Shown here: piece after piece, positions 1-7,555 of the stretch
How the letters are laid out: every line of letters begins with the position of its first letter
Position numbering within the stretch: position 1 is the first letter of the stretch
Source of the DNA: an uncultured bacterium
Lineage (GTDB): Bacteria > Krumholzibacteriota > Krumholzibacteriia > WVZY01 > JAKEHA01
DNA length: 10,212 nucleotides
Direction of reading: 5' to 3'
Assembly: GCA_965372695.1 (NCBI GenBank)
Contig: CBDVDJ010000049.1
Coordinates: forward strand, 1 to 10,212
Notes under the pieces: model-generated
The model's database searches: none
What the model saw: the letters and a program-made list of their open reading frames with translations, nothing else
What the model was told of the DNA's origin: nothing
Made by a program: the position numbers and the translations under genes

Positions 1-1
1 G

Positions 2-175
2 TTCCTGAGCGGTACGGCGCTTCGCAAGATGCTATCAGAAGGCGGCGACATTCCCGCGGAATTCAGCCGTCCCGAAGTACTGTCTATTCTCCGTGAGTAC
101 TACTCCGGCTTGACGGAGAAAGTGGACGTTAAGCTTCACGGTCACGCGACCGGTGATGCTGAAGCCAGGAAATAG
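2..175 (+). CDS. sat: Sulfate adenylyltransferase (ATP sulfurylase), C-terminal fragment; the 5' end lies outside the window
   Basis: The frame open from position 2 to TAG at 173-175 translates to [57 protein letters not shown]. The ...SGT.LR.ML..G...P.EFSRPEV... stretch matches the conserved C-terminal region of ATP sulfurylases. The position directly upstream of aprBA fits the usual sat-aprBA synteny. Confidence 0.7.
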   Translation, partial: FLSGTALRKMLSEGGDIPAEFSRPEVLSILREYYSGLTEKVDVKLHGHATGDAEARK

Positions 176-256
176 CGGAGTGATACGTATCAACTAACGT
201 TAAGTTCAAGTGTTGGAGGAGCCAAAGGTAAATCCTAATGTACAAAGGAGGGTTTA

Positions 257-655
257 ATGCCTAGCTTCGTAATCACAGAGAAATGCGACGGGTGCAAGGC
301 GCTCGATAAGACGGCTTGCCAATACATCTGCCCGAATGACCTCATGGTCCTGGACAAGGACACGATGAAGGCTTTCAACCAGGATGTAGATATGTGCTGG
401 GAGTGCTATAGCTGCGTCAAGATTTGTCCGGTCCAGGCGATCGAGGTCCGTGGCTATGCTGATTTTGTGCCGATGGGCGCGAGCGTGACTCCGCTGCGGG
501 CAACCGACTCGATCATGTGGACCCTCAAGTTCCGAAACGGCATGCTGAAACGGTTCAAGTTCCCGATTCGCACTACCGAAGAGGGACAGGCGCAGCCATT
601 CGATCACTACCCGACGGGCGACGATGATCTCAAGAGCCAGACGCTCATGTGCTAG
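257..655 (+). CDS. aprB: Adenylylsulfate (APS) reductase beta subunit, a two-[4Fe-4S] ferredoxin-like subunit
   Basis: ATG at 257 follows the RBS AAGGAGG (245-251). The N-terminus MPSFVITEKCDGCK is the hallmark AprB start. Cluster motifs present: CDGCKALDKTACQYICP (the AprB-specific CxxCx7CxxxCP) and CWECYSCVKICP (CxxCxxCxxxCP). The conserved IMWTLKFRNG...KRFKFPIRTTEEG segment is also there. Length is 132 aa. Confidence 0.95.
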   Translation: MPSFVITEKCDGCKALDKTACQYICPNDLMVLDKDTMKAFNQDVDMCWECYSCVKICPVQAIEVRGYADFVPMGASVTPLRATDSIMWTLKFRNGMLKRFKFPIRTTEEGQAQPFDHYPTGDDDLKSQTLMC

Positions 656-777
656 CCGGCTGGACTGAATACCGAAGTCGGCCCGGTCAAGATCGACAAG
701 ATCCTCACGCTCTAGTCGAGCGCAGGTTGTCTGACAACGAACCGATTCTTCGTCAACGAACCAAGGAGAAAGACGAA

Positions 778-2670
778 ATGGCGGAATTTGAAACTATAAC
801 GGTCGAAACAGACGTGCTGATTTGCGGCGGCGGCATGGCCGCCTGCGGCGCAGCGGTGGAAGCGTCTTATTGGGCCAAAAAGCAAGGATTGAAGGTCACA
901 TTGGTTGACAAGGCGGCAATGGACCGCTCGGGCGCCGTCGCGATGGGACTGTCGGCCATCAACCAGTATGTGGATCTGAACAGCGGTAACAACACTCTGA
1001 ACGACTACGCCGACTACGTCCGCAACGACCTCATGGGTATTACCCGCGAGGACCTGGTGGTCAGCATCGCGCGCCACGTAGACTCGTCGGTCCACTTGTT
1101 CGAGAAGTGGGGTCTGCCCATCTGGAAGGATCAGGAGGGCAAATACGTACACGAGGGTCGCTGGCAGCTGATGATCAACGGCGAGTCGTACAAGGTGATC
1201 GTGGCAGAAGCTGCCAAAACCGCGTTGGCAGAGGCAAATGGCGAATACTTCGAACGCGTATTCATCACTCATCCGCTGATGGACGGCGACACGTGTGTGG
1301 GCGCGATCGGCTTCAGCACGAGGGAGAACAAGATATACGTGTTCAAGGCCAAAGCCACGCTGGTTTCCATGGGTGGCGCGGTGCACGTGTTCAAGCCGCG
1401 GTCGACCGGTGAGGGCTTCGGCCGCTCCTGGTACCCGCCGTTCAACTCGGGCGCGAGCGCGTTCTTCACCATCTACGGCGGCGCCGAGATGACCTGCCAG
1501 GAAGTCCGGTTCATTCCTGTCCGCTTCAAGGACGCGTACGGACCCGTGGGCGCCTGGTTCCTGCTGTTCAAGTCGATCGCGACCAACGCGCAGGGCGGCA
1601 ACTACATGCAGGATAATGCCGCGGAGCTCGAAAAGTGGCTGCCTTACGGCAAGGTGAAGCCGCGTCCGGCCAACATTCGTAACTGGCTGATGATGCTGGA
1701 CGTGATGGAAGGCAAGAGCCCGATCTACATGCAGACGGCCGAAGCCATCCAGAGGATCTCCGACGCGGTGCCCGACGAGAAAGAGCGCAAGAAGAAGCTC
1801 AAGGAACTCGAGTCGGAGGCCTGGGAGGACTTTCTGGACATGACCATTTCGCAGGCCATCTTGTGGGCCGCGTCGAACGTCGAGCCCGAGAAACAGCCCT
1901 CCGAGATCATGGCGTGTGATCCTTACTTCATCGGTTCGCATTCCGGCGCGTCCGGCGCCTGGGTTTCGGGACCGGAGGATCTCCAGACATCCAATACCAA
2001 GGATGAATACTTCTGGGGCTACACGAACATGTGCACGGTCAAGGGCATGTTCGCCGCGGGCGACGCCTCGGGAGCCTCGAGCCACAAGTTCTCTTCCGGC
2101 TCGCACGCCGAGGGACGCATCGCTGCCAAGGCCATGGTCGCCTACGCCGTGGACAACAGCTCGCCGCCGAACGTGGACCAGGCCCAGATCGACGCGTTGA
2201 CCGCGGAGATCCTCAAGCCGCTCGAGACTTTCGAGAAGCACAAGGATGCGACGACCGACCCGAACATCAACCCGGAGTACATCCGACCCAAGCAGTTCAT
2301 GTACCGGCTGCAGAAGATCATGGATGAGTACGCCGGAGGTGTTTCGAGTCAGTTCAAGACGAGCGACAAACTCATCGAGAAGGGAATGGAGTTGTTGGCC
2401 TTCCTCAAGGAAGACTCGGCCAAAATCGGTGCGGAGAACCTGCACGAGCTCATGCGGGGCTGGGAGAACGTCCACCGCATGTACCAGGCGGATTCTCACA
2501 TGCGTTCCATCCTCTTCCGCGAGGAGACACGTTGGCCGGGCTACTACTTCCGGTCCGACAAACCGAGCATGGACAACGAGAACTGGCTCGCCTTCTGTAA
2601 CTGTACCTACGACAGGAACACTGGCGAGTGGGAGATGATCAAAAGGCCCGTTAAATACCTTACGCAGTAA
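778..2670 (+). CDS. aprA: Adenylylsulfate (APS) reductase alpha subunit, a flavoprotein of the fumarate reductase/succinate dehydrogenase FAD family
   Basis: The ORF track starts at GTG 649, but the credible start is ATG 778 because it follows the RBS AAGGAGAA (763-770). The N-terminal FAD-binding fold is DVLICGGGMAACGAA. The length of 630 aa and strong AprA-like features support the call, and the gene sits immediately after aprB. Confidence 0.95.
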   Translation: MAEFETITVETDVLICGGGMAACGAAVEASYWAKKQGLKVTLVDKAAMDRSGAVAMGLSAINQYVDLNSGNNTLNDYADYVRNDLMGITREDLVVSIARHVDSSVHLFEKWGLPIWKDQEGKYVHEGRWQLMINGESYKVIVAEAAKTALAEANGEYFERVFITHPLMDGDTCVGAIGFSTRENKIYVFKAKATLVSMGGAVHVFKPRSTGEGFGRSWYPPFNSGASAFFTIYGGAEMTCQEVRFIPVRFKDAYGPVGAWFLLFKSIATNAQGGNYMQDNAAELEKWLPYGKVKPRPANIRNWLMMLDVMEGKSPIYMQTAEAIQRISDAVPDEKERKKKLKELESEAWEDFLDMTISQAILWAASNVEPEKQPSEIMACDPYFIGSHSGASGAWVSGPEDLQTSNTKDEYFWGYTNMCTVKGMFAAGDASGASSHKFSSGSHAEGRIAAKAMVAYAVDNSSPPNVDQAQIDALTAEILKPLETFEKHKDATTDPNINPEYIRPKQFMYRLQKIMDEYAGGVSSQFKTSDKLIEKGMELLAFLKEDSAKIGAENLHELMRGWENVHRMYQADSHMRSILFREETRWPGYYFRSDKPSMDNENWLAFCNCTYDRNTGEWEMIKRPVKYLTQ

Positions 2671-2684
2671 GGGCCTGTGGGTTT

Positions 2685-2728
2685 GCGGGATCTTTGGGCG
2701 TCGCGTCGCGGCGTCCAGAGATCCCCGC
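2685..2728 (+). terminator. GC-rich imperfect hairpin 15 nt after the aprA stop; candidate partial terminator, attenuator or 3' stabilising stem-loop
   Basis: GCGGGATCT (2685-2693) pairs with AGATCCC(C)GC (2719-2728) with a one-nucleotide bulge. The inner near-palindrome GGGCGTCGCGTCGCGGCGTCC (2696-2716) can pair with two G-U wobbles. Downstream is moderately U-containing (gcuuugcaguuauu) but has no clean U-tract. Confidence 0.4.
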
Positions 2729-2852
2729 TCCCGACGCTTTGCAGTTATTCCCGTTCGAACGTCCGGATGTGTTACAGTACTGCGCGGCTGCGGCCGGGTG
2801 GTAACCGCTGTCAGGCCGGCACCTTGGGATTATTGATCTAGTGAGGAAACCG

Positions 2853-3137
2853 ATGGCAAAACACCCTGGAACCTGCACCCATTGTGGATCCCGTCTCGAG
2901 AAGTGGCGTGTTCCCGACGACGCTACCTGGGACGAGGAGTTTTTTTACGTCTGCTTCAACGATGATTGTTCCTACTACAAATCGGGGTGGGCCTGGATGA
3001 AGGAACGTTACAACCAGCGCGCTTCGTACCGGTATGCGGTCAACCCCGGTGCCGCCGTCTCACTGATGATACCGGTCTGGTCGGACTCCGCAACGCGGGA
3101 GATGATCGAGGAGCACACCGAAGGAGGCGAGGAATGA
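2853..3137 (+). CDS. Hypothetical small Cys4 zinc-ribbon protein, 94 aa
   Basis: ATG 2853 is preceded by GAGGAA (2843-2848). An alternative GTG lies at 2841. The Cys pattern is C-x2-C-x22-C-x4-C (CTHCGS...CFNDDC). The stop TGA (3135-3137) overlaps the ATG (3134-3136) of the next gene as ATGA, which supports real translation and coupling. I recognise no family. Confidence 0.5.
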   Translation: MAKHPGTCTHCGSRLEKWRVPDDATWDEEFFYVCFNDDCSYYKSGWAWMKERYNQRASYRYAVNPGAAVSLMIPVWSDSATREMIEEHTEGGEE

Positions 3138-4021
3138 GCGACGACAAGGATCCCGCCCAGTCCAATGACCAGCTCGATAAGCTGAAGGAGAAGATAGTCA
3201 CGGATTATCCCCGGCTGGGCCCTGACGACAACTTCCAGTTCGGGTGTCATCCCGGCGTTTCGTGTTTCAACCAGTGCTGCGGCGACGTAAACATTTTCCT
3301 GTCTCCGTACGACGTGTTGCGCATGAAGAAACGTCTCGATATGACCTCGAGCGAGTTCCTCGAGAAGTATACATTTCTCCCTGTGCAAAAGGACATGAAG
3401 ACGCCCGTGGTTGTGTTGCGCTTGAACGACGACGAGGCCAAGACCTGTCAGTTCCTTACCGAGGGGGGGTGCGGCATCTATTCGGATCGGCCGTGGCCCT
3501 GCCGCATGTATCCCCTGGGACTGGCGGCTCAGAAGGACACGCCGGACGGCTGGCGCGGCGACCGGTTTTACTTCCTCATGGAAGAGGAGGGGTGCAAGGG
3601 GTTCAGCGAGCCCAGGGAGTGGACGGTCCGACAGTGGCTCGAAGATCAGGGGCTCGAGGAGTACGACGAGTGGGGAGAGGCATTCAAGGAATTGACGCTT
3701 CACAAATTCTTCGAGGACGGTGGCACCCTCTCACCGGAGAGGATGCACATGATGTACACCGCGTGCTACGATCTGGACAAGTTTCGGGAGTTCGTGTTCG
3801 AAAGCACGCTCCTGCAGAAATTCGTGGTGGATGAGGACTTCGTGGAAGAGATGCGCTATGACGACGAAGTATTGCTTCGTTTCGCGTTTCTGTGGCTGCG
3901 GTTCAGTCTTTTCGGCGAGAAGACTGTGCAAGTGAAAGCGGACGTCGTCGAGTCGTTCAAGGGAAAACGCGACAAGAAGGGATCGTTCGATCAGAAGTCG
4001 GCGGGGAATACTCCTGAATAA
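3134..4021 (+). CDS. YkgJ/UPF0153-family Cys-rich (putative Fe-S or Zn binding) protein with an unassigned ~150 aa C-terminal extension; paralog 1
   Basis: ATG 3134 follows the RBS AAGGAGG (3121-3127). The ORF track starts earlier, at 2966, in the same frame. The N-terminal motif CHPGVSCFNQCC (C-x5-C-x3-CC) and the later C-x8-C-GIY-x-DRPW-x-CRMYP segment match the YkgJ/PF03692-type pattern as I recall it (C..C..CC ... C.C.IY..RP..CR.F). Additional conserved Cys occur in EGCKG and TACYD. Length is 295 aa. Confidence 0.8.
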   Translation: MSDDKDPAQSNDQLDKLKEKIVTDYPRLGPDDNFQFGCHPGVSCFNQCCGDVNIFLSPYDVLRMKKRLDMTSSEFLEKYTFLPVQKDMKTPVVVLRLNDDEAKTCQFLTEGGCGIYSDRPWPCRMYPLGLAAQKDTPDGWRGDRFYFLMEEEGCKGFSEPREWTVRQWLEDQGLEEYDEWGEAFKELTLHKFFEDGGTLSPERMHMMYTACYDLDKFREFVFESTLLQKFVVDEDFVEEMRYDDEVLLRFAFLWLRFSLFGEKTVQVKADVVESFKGKRDKKGSFDQKSAGNTPE

Positions 4022-4091
4022 AATAGATGATGAGTGGACACGGGTCGACGGAACAAGATCAAGACAAGGGTGATCGGCGGCGCGATCAGGT

Positions 4092-4931
4092 ATGAGGGAA
4101 ATCGAACGGCTGAAGAAGGAGATCCTCGAGCACTACCCCAAGCTCAAAAAGGACGATTCGTATTCGTTCTCCTGCCATCCGGGCGTACCTTGCTTCAACG
4201 CATGTTGCGCGGACGTCAATATTTTCCTGACTCCATACGATATTCTCAGGTTGAAGAACAATCTCGGGATGAGTTCGGACGAATTTCTTTCCAGACATAC
4301 AGTATCCCCGTTCGACAAAAATTTGAAGTACCCGGCAGTTCAGCTGGCGATGAACGACGACGACGAGAAAACGTGTCCGTTCGTCGGCGAACGCGGCTGC
4401 GGGGTCTACGAGGACCGGCCCTGGGCGTGCCGGATGTATCCGCTGGGTATGGGGTCGCAGAAGGACTCCGGCACCGGCGCCGAAAGTGACTTCTATTTTC
4501 TGCTCGAGGAGGACGTGTGCAAGGGGCACGACGAAGACCACAAGCAGACGGTGGCACAGTGGCTGGAGACTCAGGGGATCGCCGAGTACGACAAGATGGG
4601 ATACTACTTCAAGGAACTGACTCTTCACGAGTATTTCCAGACCGGCGAGAATCTCACCGGCCAGAAGATCGAGATGTTCTTCACGGCGAGTTATGACCTG
4701 GACAAGTTCAGGAGCTTTTTGTTCGACACCACGTTTTTCGACAAGTTTGAAGTCGATGAAGAGACGCAGAAGAAAATCAAGTCCGACGACGTCGAACTGC
4801 TCAAATTCGGGTATTTCTGGTTGAGATTCTCTCTTTTCGGAGAGCGAACGTTGAAGGTCAAGGGAGACGTGCTCGAAGCGCGGCAGAAAAGGCTGGAAGG
4901 CAAGAAGAAGCTGGAACAGAAACAGAACTAG
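4092..4931 (+). CDS. YkgJ/UPF0153-family Cys-rich protein with the same C-terminal extension; paralog 2
   Basis: It aligns along its full length with paralog 1, at roughly 55-60% identity by eye (CHPGVPCFNACCADVNIFLTPYDILRLK...GCGVYEDRPWACRMYPLG...FWLRFSLFGERT). ATG 4092 is the first start after the in-frame TGA at 4071. The RBS is weak. Length is 279 aa. Confidence 0.85.
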   Translation: MREIERLKKEILEHYPKLKKDDSYSFSCHPGVPCFNACCADVNIFLTPYDILRLKNNLGMSSDEFLSRHTVSPFDKNLKYPAVQLAMNDDDEKTCPFVGERGCGVYEDRPWACRMYPLGMGSQKDSGTGAESDFYFLLEEDVCKGHDEDHKQTVAQWLETQGIAEYDKMGYYFKELTLHEYFQTGENLTGQKIEMFFTASYDLDKFRSFLFDTTFFDKFEVDEETQKKIKSDDVELLKFGYFWLRFSLFGERTLKVKGDVLEARQKRLEGKKKLEQKQN

Positions 4932-4988
4932 ACCGGGGCGATCGGTTGCCGCCGGTCCGAATCACCACAACGCGATGCGAGGTTCCCT

Positions 4989-5918
4989 ATGAGTGGACTG
5001 CAGCTGCTGATGTACGGTGCCTATGCCGTTTTTTTCATAGGTACGGCGTACAGGGCCTACCGGATGGCGACGATGCCCATGCATCTCCGTTGGGATCTGT
5101 ATCCGATACCGCACGAAAAGGGCAAAGCGGATTACGGCGGTTCATACTACGAAGAAATCGACTGGTGGACAAAACCCGCGAAGGTGTCTGTTTCCAACGA
5201 GTTGAAGGAAATGGCCAGGGAAATCATCTTTATCCAGTCGATGTACCACAATAACCGGTCCCTCTGGATGTTTTCGTTCCCATTTCATTTTGGACTCTAT
5301 TTATCAATCGTATTCGTTCTGCTGGTTTTTCTGGGGGGACTGCTCACGCTGCTCGGAGTACCGGTGTCCGCCGAATCGGCCAATATCTTCGGGAAAGCCC
5401 TGCACTACATTACGATGCCGTTCGGAATCGTGGGCGCCGTTATGGGTGCGTTCGGCGCTCTGGGATTGTTTGTCAGCCGATTCGCCAGGGGCGAACTGCG
5501 AAGGACGTCGGTCTGGACCGATTACTTCAACCTGATTCTGCTCTTCGCCATCTTCGCCAGCGGTCTCGCCGTCTGGGCGACGGAAGACATTTCGTACTCC
5601 GCCTTGAGGGTGTTCATCACGGATTTGATCTCCTTCAAAGGCACGCCCGCTGTGTCTACGGGTTTTGCCGTCCACATGGCGCTGGCGGCTGCGTTCCTGA
5701 TCTACCTTCCCTTTACGCACATGACCCACTTTGTGGGCAAGTACTTCACCTACCACAAGGTGCGATGGGAAGACCAGCCCAACATCAGGGGCAGCAAACT
5801 CGAAAAGCGGATCAACGAGGCGCTTGGTTACCATATCGACTGGTCGGCTCCCCACATTAAAGAGGGAACGTGGGCCGAAGCGGCAACTGCAACCGAGGAG
5901 AAGACCGAAAGTGAGTAA
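4989..5918 (+). CDS. NarI/HdrE/DsrM-family integral membrane cytochrome b subunit: five TM helices with conserved His, a putative di-heme quinol-interacting anchor
   Basis: I count five hydrophobic helices in the 309 aa protein. His residues sit inside helices 2, 3 and 5 (FHFGLY, LHYI, AVHMAL, FTHMTHF), as expected for bis-His heme b ligation in the nitrate reductase gamma fold. The stop overlaps the start of the downstream Fe-S gene. Confidence 0.8.
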   Translation: MSGLQLLMYGAYAVFFIGTAYRAYRMATMPMHLRWDLYPIPHEKGKADYGGSYYEEIDWWTKPAKVSVSNELKEMAREIIFIQSMYHNNRSLWMFSFPFHFGLYLSIVFVLLVFLGGLLTLLGVPVSAESANIFGKALHYITMPFGIVGAVMGAFGALGLFVSRFARGELRRTSVWTDYFNLILLFAIFASGLAVWATEDISYSALRVFITDLISFKGTPAVSTGFAVHMALAAAFLIYLPFTHMTHFVGKYFTYHKVRWEDQPNIRGSKLEKRINEALGYHIDWSAPHIKEGTWAEAATATEEKTESE

Positions 5919-7536
5919 TGACGACAACAACAAGAAAACGACGATAAAGGAGTTCTGCCGCCGGAAAGGGCAGATCGTCAAGCTCGACGTCTCCGAGTTT
6001 CCGCCTTTGCCGCCGCCGTACGACAAACTCGACCTCGAGCCCGGAATCAAGGAGCTCTCGGACGAGTTGAAGGAGAAGTACGAAACGGATCTGGACGGCG
6101 TTTCGGCGCTCAAACTCCCCCGTCCCGAGACGGAGGAAGAAAAGCGCGAGCTGGTCCAGAGTTTCCTGACGGGACTCAAAAAGACTTTCGAGCGGGAAAA
6201 CAACTGGGGATTCCTGCAGCCGTTGTTTCTGACGATCGAGTACTGCGCGAAGTGCCAGACGTGTTCCAGGGCATGCCCTATTTATAACGAATCGGGTCAC
6301 GAGGAGATTTATCGGCCGACGTTTCGCGCCGATATACTCCGGCGCCTGTACAAAAAGTACGTACGACCGGGGGGCAAGATCCTCTCGAAGATCTCGGGGG
6401 AGGACATCGACGCCAGCTGGACGATGATTGCCCGGCTGATGGAGCTGAGTTATCGCTGCACCGTTTGCCGCCGCTGCGCGCAGACGTGCCCGATCGGCGT
6501 TGACAACGGGCTGGTGACGCGTGAACTCCGCAAGATCTTCAGCCAGGAGATGGGAATCCAGGTCGAGCAGCTGCACAAGAAGGGTTCCGTCCAGCAGCTG
6601 AAGTCGGGGTCCAGTACGGGCATGACGCCGGTCGCGTTTCTCGACAACATCGAGTTCCTCGAGGAGGAAGTCGAGGAGCGGACGGGGATGGAGTTCAAGT
6701 GGCCGATGGACAAGTCGGGCGCCGACATTCTGCTCATCCACAACGCGGGCGAGTACCTGGCGTGGCCGGAAAACCCCGAGGCGTTTGCCATCATTCTCGA
6801 GGCGGCCGGTATCGACTATACCCTGTCCAGTGACCTGCTCGGATACGACAGCGTCAATTACGGGGTGTGGTATGACGACGTGCAGTTCGCAAAGGTGGCG
6901 CTCAAACACGTCGAGATCGCCAAGAAGCTCGGTGTCAGAAAGATCGTCCTCGGCGAATGCGGTCACGCGCACAAGGCTCTCACCGTGATCGCCGACCGCG
7001 TGTTCTCCGGAGATTATAATATTCCCCGGGAGAGCTCGCTGACACTTCTGCGCGATATCATAAAGGAAAAAAGGATCAAGGTCGATCCGGCTCGCAACGA
7101 CGACATCATCACGACGCTTCATGATCCGTGCAACCTCACGCGGCTGATGGGGATCGTGGAGCCGCAGCGCGAAGTGATCAAGGCGGTATGCAATAACTTC
7201 CGGGAGATGACGCCCCACGGCGTCCACAACTACTGCTGCGGAGGCGGAAGCGGGTTTGCGATAACCGCCAACACCAACTTCCCCGACTGGCGTACGAGCG
7301 TAGCCGCCCGCGTCAAGCTGCGCCAGATCCTGGACGTGTTCCAGGATGTCATCAAACCGGATCAGAAGAAGTACGTTTGTGCACCCTGCTCGAACTGCAA
7401 GGGAGCCATTCGCGACACACTGGCGGCCTACGGCGTGTACGAGAGATGTAACATCCTGTATGGCGGCCTGGTAGAACTCATCGTCAACGCGATGGTCGAC
7501 GTTCCCGAGGGATTTCTCGAGTGGGAATGGCACTAA
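5911..7536 (+). CDS. HdrD/DsrK-like Fe-S oxidoreductase: two [4Fe-4S] ferredoxin motifs, a Cys-less first CCG-like region and a complete C-terminal CCG domain
   Basis: The start is GTG 5911, in frame with the track ORF at 5731. It sits 10 nt after GAGGAG (5895-5900) and overlaps the upstream stop by 8 nt, which suggests translational coupling. Motifs: CAKCQTCSRACP and CTVCRRCAQTCP (CxxCxxCxxxCP), then HDPCNL...YCCGGGSG...CAPCSNC (the Cx_nCCGx_mCxxC CCG domain). The first CCG-like region lacks the cysteines, as in DsrK/HmcF/TmcB-type proteins. Length is 541 aa. Confidence 0.85.
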   Translation: MSNDDNNKKTTIKEFCRRKGQIVKLDVSEFPPLPPPYDKLDLEPGIKELSDELKEKYETDLDGVSALKLPRPETEEEKRELVQSFLTGLKKTFERENNWGFLQPLFLTIEYCAKCQTCSRACPIYNESGHEEIYRPTFRADILRRLYKKYVRPGGKILSKISGEDIDASWTMIARLMELSYRCTVCRRCAQTCPIGVDNGLVTRELRKIFSQEMGIQVEQLHKKGSVQQLKSGSSTGMTPVAFLDNIEFLEEEVEERTGMEFKWPMDKSGADILLIHNAGEYLAWPENPEAFAIILEAAGIDYTLSSDLLGYDSVNYGVWYDDVQFAKVALKHVEIAKKLGVRKIVLGECGHAHKALTVIADRVFSGDYNIPRESSLTLLRDIIKEKRIKVDPARNDDIITTLHDPCNLTRLMGIVEPQREVIKAVCNNFREMTPHGVHNYCCGGGSGFAITANTNFPDWRTSVAARVKLRQILDVFQDVIKPDQKKYVCAPCSNCKGAIRDTLAAYGVYERCNILYGGLVELIVNAMVDVPEGFLEWEWH

Positions 7537-7555
7537 CCGCGCGGAGGGACCTATT

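Noticed and set aside
176-256. Possible aprBA promoter in the 81-nt sat-aprB spacer (for example TTCAAG-N18-TAAATC)
   Set aside because: Only weak matches with suboptimal spacing were found. I cannot support a specific -35/-10 call without transcript-start data. Only the RBS is clear.
649-777. ORF-track start of aprA at GTG 649, overlapping the aprB stop
   Set aside because: ATG 778 has a proper RBS and gives the canonical AprA N-terminus MAEFETI...GGGMAACGAA. The upstream 43 codons are an intergenic read-through of the frame.
712-2499. 595-aa ORF on the - strand, entirely inside aprA
   Set aside because: It is antisense to a confidently identified conserved gene. Its Arg/Gly/Ala/Leu/Val-rich low-complexity translation is typical of stop-codon-poor antisense frames in GC-rich coding DNA.
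2966-3133. ORF-track N-terminal extension of YkgJ paralog 1 back to 2966
   Set aside because: It overlaps the zinc-ribbon ORF in another frame. ATG 3134 has a strong RBS and an ATGA coupling, and paralog 2 shows that the protein begins near this point.
3008-4628. Two antisense ORFs (3008..3703 - and 4086..4628 -) that both begin MK.QFLE.. at the equivalent position of the two YkgJ paralogs
   Set aside because: The apparent conservation is simply the mirror of sense-strand paralogy. Both start at the antisense of a conserved His codon. There is no independent RBS or motif evidence. It is a codon-bias artefact and not an overlapping gene pair.
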